DNA of 64,000 nt from Flavobacteriales bacterium (GCA_023957375.1 JAMLHB010000003.1:461342-525341), one strand, 5' to 3'. Shown: positions 41,370-51,028, counted from the stretch's first letter. Notes: generated from the letters alone by a model not told the origin. A program made the numbers and translations.

Positions 41370-42443
41370 ATGAGCGACCCATTGGCAAAACTCTTCCAGG
41401 CCCGGTTTGCCGGGCATGAACTGGACGTCCCCCCCGAGGCTTGGGACAACATCAGCGGCCAACTGGCCGCAAGCGCCGGGGATGAAGCGGTGCGGCACCA
41501 TCTCCGCGAGAAGTTCCAAGGCCATGAAGTGGGCGTCGACCCTTCGGCATGGGCACACATCAGTGGCCAACTGGGGCATGCGGGCGTGGCAGGAACCTCC
41601 ATGCACACCGGGTGGATCGCCGCAGGCGCGGCCGCCATCGCCCTCACTGCGGGCCTGTTGATGTGGAACCACCAAGGCGCTGCGCCCTCCGCAGCGTTGC
41701 CGCCCCCGCCCCCCGCAGTTGAGCAGCAGGCAGCCACGCCCCTGGCAGCGGGCAAGCCCGTTGAAACCAATGCCCCCGCCGACGCAACGGCCCCTGCGCC
41801 CCTCGCGGCCGAAAAGCCGTCCACTGGGCAGGGATCCACCCAAGCCACTGATGCAGGAGCCACCGCTTCCACCACCACCTCCAGCCCAAATCGGCCAACG
41901 GAAGCATCGGTTGAGGCAACAAGTGGGGAGGCCACGACCGGTCCGATGGTGCAGGGCCAAACGGAACCGCAAGAAGTCCGGCACGAAGCGACAGTCCATC
42001 CGGTGGCAGCGCCTGCACCCGCAGCCCGGATCGAACCTCGCATGGCCACGAGCCAACCTGATGCACCCAAGCCCGCAACAGCCACGGAGGAAATCGTTCC
42101 GGATCCATCACCCACCGCAGAACAGCAGGTTCCAGCCCCCGGGGTTGCCGCGATGGAGGTTGATAACGACATCTTCATCCCCAATGTGTTCAGTCCGCAA
42201 GGAGACGGGGTGAACGACAAACTAAAAATCGTGGCCGACAACTTTGAACGCGTGGACGTGCGGGTCTTCTCCGCCAAGAGCGGGGCCCTGGTGTTCCGCA
42301 GCAACGACCTGGCCGCCATGTGGGACGGCCGCATGCCGAACGGCAATATTGCCGAAGAGGGCTACTACCGCTGCGTGGTGCTGCTGACCGGCGCTGACGG
42401 CCGCAACCGGGTGAAGACCGAAGTGGTGCGATTGTACCGATAG
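41370..42443 (+). CDS. membrane-anchored protein: duplicated N-terminal motif, one TM segment, P/A/T-rich linker, T9SS type-B (CHU_C) sorting domain
   Basis: The ATG at 41370 is 2 nt after the sigma stop. The motif F.GHE..V.P.AW..ISGQL occurs twice. The TM segment is WIAAGAAAIALTAGLLMW. The C-terminus reads IFIPNVFSPQGDGVNDKLKI...MWDGR. Confidence 0.7.
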   Translation: MSDPLAKLFQARFAGHELDVPPEAWDNISGQLAASAGDEAVRHHLREKFQGHEVGVDPSAWAHISGQLGHAGVAGTSMHTGWIAAGAAAIALTAGLLMWNHQGAAPSAALPPPPPAVEQQAATPLAAGKPVETNAPADATAPAPLAAEKPSTGQGSTQATDAGATASTTTSSPNRPTEASVEATSGEATTGPMVQGQTEPQEVRHEATVHPVAAPAPAARIEPRMATSQPDAPKPATATEEIVPDPSPTAEQQVPAPGVAAMEVDNDIFIPNVFSPQGDGVNDKLKIVADNFERVDVRVFSAKSGALVFRSNDLAAMWDGRMPNGNIAEEGYYRCVVLLTGADGRNRVKTEVVRLYR

Positions 42444-42452
42444 CTGAACAGA

Positions 42453-45404
42453 ATGACGATAGCCAAACTTGCCCTTGGGTTGACCACCGTGCTGATAGGC
42501 GGTATTCAGGCCTTGGCACAGGATACCACCGTCCACTTCACCAACGCCGCGGAATACGATGCCTGGAAAGCGCAGCAGGTTCCGGCCGTGCCCGTCCCGC
42601 CACCCCACCCAGGCGGGCAGCCCGACGATGGGGCCGACCCCAGCCGGGACGGTGTGGCCTCCTGTGAATGCTGGAAAGCCCCCGATGCCACCTACACCAC
42701 CATCAACAACAGCACTCAATGGAATGCGAGCGGATGGGGCAACGGCGATGACGGATCGTACGGCCCGATCAACCTGCCGTTCAGCTTCTACCTCTATGGC
42801 CAGTACTATACGCAGGCCTACATCAACATCAACGGCAACATTTCATTCGGCACCTATTTGGGCGGCTATTCCGCCTCCGCGTTCCCGATGAACGGGCCAT
42901 CGCTGGTGGCACCTTTCTGGGCCGATGTGGACCTGCGCGGCGGCAATGCCACGCAGAACAAGGTGCAGTACAAGGTAACGCCCACTGCGCTGTACGTGAA
43001 CTGGACCAACGTGGGGTACTACAGCATGCAGACGGACAAGCTGAACTCCTTCCAGGTGATCATCACCAACGGGAGCGACCCCGTGATCCCGGGAAATGCG
43101 AACGTTTCCTTCTGCTACGGCACCATGCAATGGACCACGGGCAGTGCCTCCGGCGGCTCCAACGGCTTTGGCGGCACCCCGGCCACCGTGGGCGCCAACA
43201 AGGGCGATGGGATCAACTACATCCAGTTCGGACGCTTTGACCACCCGGGCACCGATTACAATGGCCCCTTTGGTGCCGCGAGCGGCATCGGATGGCTCAC
43301 GGGCAAGTACTTCACCTTCGCCACGGACATCACCACCGGCAATTTGGCCCCCGTGGTCTCCGGGCAATCGGTCTGCGATTCGCTCACCATCTGCACCGGG
43401 GTACCCACCCAGCTGAGCGTGGATTTCCTCTCCCCCGAACCCGGCCAGATCACCAGCGCCACTTCCACGGCCCCTACGCTGGGCAACTATACCCAGATCA
43501 GCAGCACCCCCGGCAACGTGGCCTCGATCACCACACAGATCATCGCCTCATTGGCCGACACCGGGTACCACGATGTTACCTTCTCCGGCACGGACAATGG
43601 CACCCCGGTGCTCACCACCAACCTGCACATCGTGGTGCATGTCGTAGCCTCTCCCCAACTGACCTCCGGCTCCCTGACGGCTTGCGATAACGCAGGATCG
43701 GTGGACATGCTCACCGTGCTGGGCGGCAATCCGCCCGCTGGCGGCGCATGGACCGATCCCAACGGCAATGCGCACAACGGTTTGTTCAACCCGCTCAACG
43801 ACCCTGAAGGCGGATACCTCTACGTGGTTTCCGCAGGTGGCGAATGCGAGGCCACCGGCACGGCCACCATGTCCACGCAAGCACATGCCCATGCCGGGAC
43901 AGACACCAGCTTGGCCTATTGCTCCTCAAGCAATGCCCAAGCCCTGTTCCCCATGGTGCCGGCCGCACCCCAAACGGGCGGAAGCTGGCTTACCCCGGCG
44001 GGGCAGCCGTTCAACGGCACCTTGGAGCCCGCTACCGCCGCGCCGGGCACTTACGCCTACGTGGTGTACGGCACGGCACCCTGCCCCAACGATACGGCCT
44101 TCCTGAACATCGCCATTCCGCAGGCAGTGAACGCCGGCCAAAGCAACTCCCTCGTACTGTGCCGTGATGCCGCATCCTTCAGCATGCGCGCAAGCTTGGG
44201 AGGAACCCCCGATGCCAGCGGCACATGGACCGATGCCAACGGCAACCCCGCGAACGACCTCTTCAACCCCGCCACGGGCACTGCCGGCACGTACACCTAT
44301 TCGGTGACCACCGCACCGCCCTGCACCAACCAAAGCGCCCAGCTCACCGTCACCTTGGACCCGCTGCCCCAAGCGGGCCTGGACAGTTCATTGGTGATCT
44401 GCGCCAACGGAAACAACACCCTGCTCTTTCCACTGTTGGGCGGCAGCCCGGATGCCGGAGGGCACTGGCTCGACCCCAATGGCGCCGCTCTGCCGGACGG
44501 CCTGCTGGACCCTGTGTCGGAACTGTCCGGGAACTACCGCTATGTAGCCATCGGACCGGGTGCGTGCGCCCACCTTTCCGATACGGCCTTGGTGCAGGTG
44601 GCCATCGACCCCCTGCCGGTGATCACCTTCACCGTGGAACCCGACAGCGGTTGCGCCCCTCTGGAAGCTACGTTCACCAACACCACCGACCCGGTGTATG
44701 TCGGCAACTCCTGCCTATGGAACTTCGGCGATGGCAGCAGCCCGGAAGAGAACTGCGGTACCGTGGTGCACAATTACCCACTTGCCGGTTGGTACCATGT
44801 GAAGCTGCGCATCACCACTCCCGAGGGTTGTACCGATGAACTGATCGCACCCGGTGCGGTGCTGGTGGACCCCAAGCCGGAGGCGAAGTTCGTCTTCACC
44901 CCGAACCCCGGCACCTCTGGCGACAGCAAACTGGTCTTCACCGCCACCGACGCCCATGCAACCGAGTTCCTGTGGACCTTCCCCGACGGCTCCACGCAGG
45001 CCGAGCGGCAGGCCAGCTACCTGTTCCCCGACTTTACCAGCGCCAATTACCAAGTGTGCCTTTCGGTGGCCGACCGCTACGGCTGTGCCGACACCCTGTG
45101 CGACAGCATCCCCATCGTGGTCCAGAACTTCTGGGTGCCCAACTCCTTCACCCCGGACGGCAACGGCATCAACGACGTGTTCATGCCGGGCTTGATGGGC
45201 ATGGACCCGGCCGCCTTCCACCTGCGCATCTTCGACCACTGGGGCCGGTTGGTATTTGAAACCACAGACCCCGCCAAAGGATGGGACGGCACACGCAATG
45301 GAGACCCGTTGGCCACCGGGGTTTATGTGTGGCGCATTTTGTACCGCCCCCTCGGGTCTGCCGAAGGCCAGGAACGCTTTGGCACCGTTACATTGATGAA
45401 ATAG
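42453..45404 (+). CDS. NIDO-like domain / PKD-repeat surface protein with T9SS type-B sorting domain, 983 aa
   Basis: Signal peptide, then a NIDO-like block (LPFSFYLYGQYYTQAYININGNISFG...VAPFWADVD). A PKD-like block follows (FGDGSS...HNY...GWYHVKLRI). The C-terminus reads FWVPNSFTPDGNGINDVF...GWDG. Confidence 0.8.
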   Translation: MTIAKLALGLTTVLIGGIQALAQDTTVHFTNAAEYDAWKAQQVPAVPVPPPHPGGQPDDGADPSRDGVASCECWKAPDATYTTINNSTQWNASGWGNGDDGSYGPINLPFSFYLYGQYYTQAYININGNISFGTYLGGYSASAFPMNGPSLVAPFWADVDLRGGNATQNKVQYKVTPTALYVNWTNVGYYSMQTDKLNSFQVIITNGSDPVIPGNANVSFCYGTMQWTTGSASGGSNGFGGTPATVGANKGDGINYIQFGRFDHPGTDYNGPFGAASGIGWLTGKYFTFATDITTGNLAPVVSGQSVCDSLTICTGVPTQLSVDFLSPEPGQITSATSTAPTLGNYTQISSTPGNVASITTQIIASLADTGYHDVTFSGTDNGTPVLTTNLHIVVHVVASPQLTSGSLTACDNAGSVDMLTVLGGNPPAGGAWTDPNGNAHNGLFNPLNDPEGGYLYVVSAGGECEATGTATMSTQAHAHAGTDTSLAYCSSSNAQALFPMVPAAPQTGGSWLTPAGQPFNGTLEPATAAPGTYAYVVYGTAPCPNDTAFLNIAIPQAVNAGQSNSLVLCRDAASFSMRASLGGTPDASGTWTDANGNPANDLFNPATGTAGTYTYSVTTAPPCTNQSAQLTVTLDPLPQAGLDSSLVICANGNNTLLFPLLGGSPDAGGHWLDPNGAALPDGLLDPVSELSGNYRYVAIGPGACAHLSDTALVQVAIDPLPVITFTVEPDSGCAPLEATFTNTTDPVYVGNSCLWNFGDGSSPEENCGTVVHNYPLAGWYHVKLRITTPEGCTDELIAPGAVLVDPKPEAKFVFTPNPGTSGDSKLVFTATDAHATEFLWTFPDGSTQAERQASYLFPDFTSANYQVCLSVADRYGCADTLCDSIPIVVQNFWVPNSFTPDGNGINDVFMPGLMGMDPAAFHLRIFDHWGRLVFETTDPAKGWDGTRNGDPLATGVYVWRILYRPLGSAEGQERFGTVTLMK

Positions 45405-45510
45405 GCCCCTGCCGGACCATCCCGCACCGCGTACCACTGAAGCTGAACACACCCGTGCATTATCTTAGCCAACCCTTCCACAAGCCAGTACAACCCAGCC
45501 CATACCCAAG

Positions 45511-47616
45511 ATGACGAATAAACTCCTAACCCTAGTGATCTTGGCTTTGGCCAGCCCTGGTAGTGCCCATGCCCAAATGGTGGAGCTCACCGTGGACCAA
45601 TACCAGGAAATGAAAGCGGCCGGCACGCTGCCTGCGGAGTTCCACGTGGCCTATTCCACCTTGCCCCCTCCGGAGGTGCAGGCGGTGAACCAAGTGAAGG
45701 GCGGCGGGGGCACCGGCGGAAACTGCAACTGCTGGATCGAGCCCGACAACACGTACACCTTGGCACTGCAACCCAATGATGACGGCTCCTCCTCGCTGAT
45801 CACCCTGCCGTTCACGTTCAACCTCTATGGCGAATCCTACACCACCTGCTACGTGAACAACAACGGCAACGTCTCCTTCCAAACACCCTATTCCACCTAT
45901 TCGGCCCAGGGGTTCCCGAACGCCAGCTTCAAAATGGTGGCCCCGTTCTGGGCGGATGTCGACACGCGCGGCAACGGGGGCACGGTGAAGTACAAGCTCA
46001 CCCCCAATGCCCTGTACGTGAACTGGACGGACGTGGGCTACTACAGCATACAAACGGACAAGCTCAACACCTTCCAATTGATCATCAGCGACGGCACCAA
46101 CACCGATGTGGGCATCGGCAACACCGTTTCGTTCTGCTACAAGGACATGCAGTGGACCACCGGCGCGGCGTCCCAAGGTGTCAACGGCTTCGGGGGGGTC
46201 GCGGCGACCGTGGGAGCCAACCGCGGCAACGGAGTGGATTACATCCAATTCGGCCGGTTCGACCATGCCGGCACCGACTATGACGGACCGTTCGGTGCCA
46301 ACGATGGCATCAGCTGGCTGGACGATAAAAACTTCGTGTTCACCACCGCTACCACCACGCAGAACATTCCGCCCATTGCCAGCAGCACCTCACTTTGCGA
46401 CACGGTGGATGTCTGCGTGCACGAACTGGTGACCTTGGACGTGAATTTCCTTTCCCCCGAGCCGGAGCAGACCACCACGGCGGGCTATACCATCGTCCCC
46501 CCGCTGGTCGGCACCATTACGGAGACCAATACCCCGGGGAACACGGCCAACCTGAACCTGCAGTTCATCCCCGAGGTGGGGGACACGGTGAACGGCGGAT
46601 TACATACGATCACCTACTCAGCCACCGATGATGGAGACCCGGCGATGACCACCACGGTTTCCGTTGTGATCCGGGTGTTTTACGTTGATGCGCCACCACC
46701 GGTGATCACGGGTGATACCATTGCCTGTGCGGGGCAGGGGGTGGTACTGCACGCCACGGGCGGCTATGAAACCTACGTATGGGCCAACGGGTGGAACGGC
46801 CAGGATGTACTGGTGGGGCCTGGCACCTACTATGTGCAGGCCAGCACGGGCGCTTGCATTCTGGTCTCCAATTTTATTACCGTTGTCGAGGCCCCCACGC
46901 CAAGCCCGGTGATCAATGGGGTGCTCTTCAATTGCGGCGGCGAACCGGCCAACCTGTCCACCACGCAACCGTACAGCGGCTACAACTGGAGCACCGGTAG
47001 CACCAACCCGACGGTGAGCGTGGGCACGGGAACCTATACCGTGACAGTAACGAACGAGTTCGGTTGTGAAGGCACTTCCGCCCCGGTGAACGTCCTGAGC
47101 GCCGAACCGCCCGCGGCCTTCTTCACTTCCAATCCCAATGGTACCGTCTTCCCCGGCGACACGGTGGTTTACACCAACCTGTCCAACGCCAGCGGCAGCA
47201 CCATCACCGGGGTTATCTGGACCATCGACTCCGTACCAGCAGGAACGGGGAACACGCTCACGCAGAGTTTCACCGACCCCGGGGAATACCTCATCACCCT
47301 TACGGTTACCACTGCCGACGGCTGCACGGACACGTACACCTTCACCCAATTTGTGGCGCCCACGGAGATCTTCATTCCCAACGTGTTCACCCCCAACCAC
47401 AGCGGGGTGAACGAAGGCTTGGTGTTCGAGGGGGTGCAGTACTATCCCAACACGGCGCTGACGGTGTTCAACCGGTGGGGCCAGGAAGTATACACCAGCA
47501 CGAACTACAAAAACACGTGGAAACCGGCCTCCAACATGCCGGAGGGCACCTACTTCTACATCCTGACCCTGGCAAGCGGCAAGGAATACAAGGGCAGCGT
47601 GACCTTGCTGCGCTGA
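45511..47616 (+). CDS. paralogous NIDO-like / PKD surface protein with T9SS type-B sorting domain, 701 aa
   Basis: The N-terminal ~330 aa are collinear with the previous protein (LPFTFNLYGESYTTCYVNNNGNVSF...VAPFWADVD...FGRFDHAGTDYDGPFG). The C-terminus reads IFIPNVFTPNHSGVNEGL...VFNRWGQEVY. Confidence 0.8.
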   Translation: MTNKLLTLVILALASPGSAHAQMVELTVDQYQEMKAAGTLPAEFHVAYSTLPPPEVQAVNQVKGGGGTGGNCNCWIEPDNTYTLALQPNDDGSSSLITLPFTFNLYGESYTTCYVNNNGNVSFQTPYSTYSAQGFPNASFKMVAPFWADVDTRGNGGTVKYKLTPNALYVNWTDVGYYSIQTDKLNTFQLIISDGTNTDVGIGNTVSFCYKDMQWTTGAASQGVNGFGGVAATVGANRGNGVDYIQFGRFDHAGTDYDGPFGANDGISWLDDKNFVFTTATTTQNIPPIASSTSLCDTVDVCVHELVTLDVNFLSPEPEQTTTAGYTIVPPLVGTITETNTPGNTANLNLQFIPEVGDTVNGGLHTITYSATDDGDPAMTTTVSVVIRVFYVDAPPPVITGDTIACAGQGVVLHATGGYETYVWANGWNGQDVLVGPGTYYVQASTGACILVSNFITVVEAPTPSPVINGVLFNCGGEPANLSTTQPYSGYNWSTGSTNPTVSVGTGTYTVTVTNEFGCEGTSAPVNVLSAEPPAAFFTSNPNGTVFPGDTVVYTNLSNASGSTITGVIWTIDSVPAGTGNTLTQSFTDPGEYLITLTVTTADGCTDTYTFTQFVAPTEIFIPNVFTPNHSGVNEGLVFEGVQYYPNTALTVFNRWGQEVYTSTNYKNTWKPASNMPEGTYFYILTLASGKEYKGSVTLLR

Positions 47617-47636
47617 CTTTGGCCTGAGCATTCCAT

Positions 47637-47672
47637 GGAGGCCCCGGGGTGGATCCGGGGCCTCCTTATTTT
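47637..47672 (+). terminator. rho-independent terminator
   Basis: An 11-bp GC-rich stem, GGAGGCCCCGG (47637-47647) pairing with CCGGGGCCTCC (47655-47665), has a 7-nt loop and is followed by TTATTTT. It lies 20 nt after the stop of the 701-aa gene. Confidence 0.75.
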
Positions 47673-47683
47673 GCACCCCGCAC

Positions 47684-48637
47684 ATGAAAGTCATTGAGCA
47701 CCTGCAGCAGAGGGATGGCACCTTGTTTTCCTTTGAGATCCTGCCGCCGTTGAAGGGCAAGGACATTCATTCCATCTATGCGGGCATTGACCCGCTGATG
47801 GAGTTCAAGCCCAGCTTCATCAACGTGACCTACCACCGTGAAGAGGTGATCTACAAGGAGCGGGGCCAAGGCTTGCTGCAGAAGATCCGCCTGCGCAAGC
47901 GGCCCGGCACCGTGGGCATCTGCGCCATGATCAAGGCCAAGTACGATGTGGACACGGTTCCCCACCTGATCTGCGGCGGCTTCAGCCGGGAGGACACGGA
48001 GGACGCCTTGATCGAGCTCAGCTTCCTTGGTATCGACAATGTGCTGGCCCTGCGCGGCGATGCGGTAAAGAACGAGCCCCACTTCATCCCCGAGCGCGAC
48101 GGCCATGCCCATGCTGAAGACCTGATCCGCCAGATCGCCGGCCTCAACCGGGGCAAATACCTCTACGAGGAGGAACAGGAAGCGTCGCCGACCAACTTGT
48201 GCATCGGAGCTGCCTGCTACCCTGAAAAGCACCAGGAGGCGCTGAACTTGGGCACGGACATCGCCTACCTGAAGCGCAAGGTGGAAGCCGGGGCCGATTA
48301 TCTGGTGACCCAAATGTTCTTCGACAACCAACGCTATTTCGATTTCGTGGAACGTTGCCGGAAAGAAGGGATCCAGGTGCCCATCATCCCCGGCCTGAAG
48401 CCCCTGACCAACTTCCGCCATGTGGCCTTCATTCCCAAAACCTTCCACATCGACCTGCCGGACGCTTATGCCCGCGAGCTGGTGAAATGTGCCACGGATG
48501 ATGCGGTCAAAGCCTTGGGCATTGAATGGACGGTGGCACAAGCCAAGGAACTGCTGGCGCACAACGTGCCGAGCCTGCATTTCTACACCATGGGGAAGTC
48601 GGAGGCGGTGAAGGCGATCGCCTCCCAACTGTTCTGA
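47684..48637 (+). CDS. metF: methylenetetrahydrofolate reductase [NAD(P)H], 317 aa
   Basis: Matches FSFEILPPLKG...FINVTYH...ICGGFSREDTEDAL...ALRGD...ADYLVTQMFFD. Confidence 0.93.
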   Translation: MKVIEHLQQRDGTLFSFEILPPLKGKDIHSIYAGIDPLMEFKPSFINVTYHREEVIYKERGQGLLQKIRLRKRPGTVGICAMIKAKYDVDTVPHLICGGFSREDTEDALIELSFLGIDNVLALRGDAVKNEPHFIPERDGHAHAEDLIRQIAGLNRGKYLYEEEQEASPTNLCIGAACYPEKHQEALNLGTDIAYLKRKVEAGADYLVTQMFFDNQRYFDFVERCRKEGIQVPIIPGLKPLTNFRHVAFIPKTFHIDLPDAYARELVKCATDDAVKALGIEWTVAQAKELLAHNVPSLHFYTMGKSEAVKAIASQLF

Positions 48638-48657
48638 ACTCCGCCTTGTGCGACGCC

Positions 48658-50151
48658 TCAACCGGCGAGCTTTCCACGCGGTGCACCACGCTCCATCCTC
48701 CAGGCAACAACTACAAACCCAAGGAGCACCAACGCGCGCAGGGCATACTTCATCGCACCTTCCAAGGGCAGTTGCTCGCAACCCCACCACAGGAACACCC
48801 CTGCCGCCATATACCCCAACACGCGCTGCACGTTGTACGGTATGGGATAGTGCTTCTGCCCCCACACGTAACTGATGGCGGCCATGCTGGCATAGCAGAT
48901 CAGGGTGGCCCACGCAGCACCGAGGTAGCCCCACACAGGTATCCACCAGAACAGCAGCACCAGCGTGATCACTGCGCCGATGATGGCAATGGTGCCACCG
49001 GCATGCGTGCGGTCGCTCAGCTTGTACCACACGCTCTGGTTGTAATAGATGCCGAGGAACACATTGGCCAGCAGCAGCACGGGCACCACCACCAAGCCGG
49101 GCCAGTAAGCCGGGTTGGGGATGAACCATTTGAACAGGTCCAGGAAAAGCATCACCAGCAGGAAGGCGCCCATGCACACCGCCACGAAGATGTTCATGAT
49201 CCGGGCAAAGGTTTCCGCGCTGTTCTTCTCCCTGGCATGGCTGAAGAAGAACGGCTCCGCCGCGAAGCGGAAGGCCTGGATGAAGAGCGTGATCAGGATG
49301 GCCAGCTTGTAGCACGCACCGTAAATGCCGATCTGCCCATCGGCCACCTCCGCGGGGAGCAGGTGCTTCATCAGCACGCGGTCGGCGGTCTCGTTGGTCA
49401 TGCCGGCCAGCCCCGCCACCAATAACGGCAGACCGAAGGCCAGCATGGGCCCCAGCCGCTTCGCATCGAAGCCGCCGCGCCCGTCCTTGGCCCGCAGGGC
49501 GGGCCATTCGGGCAGCAGCAACAACAACTTCAGCCCGCTGCTGGCCACGTTCGCCAGGAACACGTAGCCCACGCCGAAAGCGGGATCGTACACGGCATTG
49601 ATCAACGCGTTTGCTTCACCGGCGTTGTACCTGGGCATGCAGTAGGCCAGGAAGAAGAGGTTGAGACCGATGTTCACCAGCACGCTCACCACGTTGATCG
49701 CGGCGAACTTCCATGGCCGGTTCTCTTGGCGCAGCCGGGCCATGGGCACCACCGTGAGCGCATCCATGGCGATGACCACCACCAGCAGCCGCACCGAGGT
49801 GGCGTGTTCTGGATAACCGATGAACGCGGCAATGCCATCGCCGAAGAGCAGCCCCAGCAACAGGAAAACCGCCGTGGTGGCGGAGAGCAGGTATACCGCC
49901 GTGGCATAGGTCCGCCCACCATCCTCCTGCTTGTTTGCAAAGCGGAAGAAGGTGGTCTCCATGCCATAGGTGAGCACCACGTTCAGGAAGGCCGTCCAGG
50001 CATAGAGCGAAGTGATCACGCCGTAGGCGGCCGGCGCGAACACCCCTCGGCTGGTGTACAGCGGCGTGAGCAGGTAGTTGAGGAAGCGGGCAACAATGCT
50101 GCTCAACCCGTAGATGGCGGTCTGGCCGGCGAGTTTGCGGAGGACGCTCAT
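48658..50151 (-). CDS. oligosaccharide/polysaccharide flippase (MOP/Wzx-like) family protein, 497 aa
   Basis: Start at ATG 50151 (MSVLRKLAGQTAIYGLSSIVARFLNYLLTPLYT), followed by about 12-14 TM segments. Confidence 0.78.
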   Translation of the reverse strand: MSVLRKLAGQTAIYGLSSIVARFLNYLLTPLYTSRGVFAPAAYGVITSLYAWTAFLNVVLTYGMETTFFRFANKQEDGGRTYATAVYLLSATTAVFLLLGLLFGDGIAAFIGYPEHATSVRLLVVVIAMDALTVVPMARLRQENRPWKFAAINVVSVLVNIGLNLFFLAYCMPRYNAGEANALINAVYDPAFGVGYVFLANVASSGLKLLLLLPEWPALRAKDGRGGFDAKRLGPMLAFGLPLLVAGLAGMTNETADRVLMKHLLPAEVADGQIGIYGACYKLAILITLFIQAFRFAAEPFFFSHAREKNSAETFARIMNIFVAVCMGAFLLVMLFLDLFKWFIPNPAYWPGLVVVPVLLLANVFLGIYYNQSVWYKLSDRTHAGGTIAIIGAVITLVLLFWWIPVWGYLGAAWATLICYASMAAISYVWGQKHYPIPYNVQRVLGYMAAGVFLWWGCEQLPLEGAMKYALRALVLLGFVVVAWRMERGAPRGKLAG

Positions 50152-50189
50152 GGTCGAGGGCGGTTCCGGGCATGCCGCAATGGTGGGTA

Positions 50190-50231
50190 AAATGGACAGC
50201 AATGGCCGAGATCGGCCATTGCTGTCCATTT
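50190..50231 (-). terminator. 20-bp perfect inverted repeat with a 2-nt loop (putative terminator or protein-binding palindrome)
   Basis: AAATGGACAGCAATGGCCGA-GA-TCGGCCATTGCTGTCCATTT lies between the crotonase stop (50243) and the flippase start (50151). Only a short T-run follows on the minus strand. Confidence 0.45.
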
Positions 50232-50242
50232 CCGTCCCACGT

Positions 50243-51028
50243 TCATTGGGCGCCGCCAAAGTTCGCCTTGCGCTTTTCCATGAAAGCGGTGGTGCCCTCC
50301 TTGAAATCTGCCGTGCCGAAGCACTTGCCGAACTCCTCGATCTCCTGCTGCATGCCGTTGGTACCGGGCTCGAACCCGGCATTCACCGCGCGGATGGCCG
50401 CAGCCAGGGCGGTCGGGCTGTTCTTCATGATGACCGTTGCCAGCTCGTTGCACTTGGCCAACAATTGATCTTGCGGCACCACGTGGTTCACCAAGCCCCA
50501 TTGCAGGGCCTCATCAACTTTGATCATGCCGGCGGTGAAGATCATCTCCATGGCCTTGCCCTTGCCCACCAAGCGGGCCAGTCGCTGGGTGCCGCCGTAG
50601 CCGGGAATCACGCCGAGGCCGGTTTCAGGCAGGCCCATCCTGGCATTGTCGCTGGCCACGCGGATGTGGCAGCTCATCGCCAGTTCCAGGCCACCGCCGA
50701 GAGCAAAGCCGTTCACCGCGGCGATCACCGGCTTGCCCAGTTGTTCCACGTGGTCGAAAAGCTGCTTGTGGCCTTCGGCGCTGAGCTGCTTGCCCTCTTC
50801 CGTGCTGAAGTGCGCGAACTCCTTGATGTCGGCACCGGCCACAAAGGCCTTGGTGCCGCTGCCTGTGAGGACCACCACGCGCACACTGCGGTCCTTGTCC
50901 GCCCCGGACAGTGCGCTGTGCAATTCACCGATGGTGGCGCGGTTCAGCGCATTGAGCTGGTCGGGCCGGTTGATGGTGATGGTGCGGATGCCGTTGGCAT
51001 CGGCGATAAGGAGATTCTCGTAGTTCAT
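50243..51028 (-). CDS. enoyl-CoA hydratase/isomerase (crotonase) family protein, 261 aa
   Basis: Start at ATG 51028 (MNYENLLIADANGIRTITINRPDQLNAL). It has oxyanion-hole motifs (FVAGADI, AAVNGFALGGGLELAMSC). Confidence 0.9.
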   Translation of the reverse strand: MNYENLLIADANGIRTITINRPDQLNALNRATIGELHSALSGADKDRSVRVVVLTGSGTKAFVAGADIKEFAHFSTEEGKQLSAEGHKQLFDHVEQLGKPVIAAVNGFALGGGLELAMSCHIRVASDNARMGLPETGLGVIPGYGGTQRLARLVGKGKAMEMIFTAGMIKVDEALQWGLVNHVVPQDQLLAKCNELATVIMKNSPTALAAAIRAVNAGFEPGTNGMQQEIEEFGKCFGTADFKEGTTAFMEKRKANFGGAQ

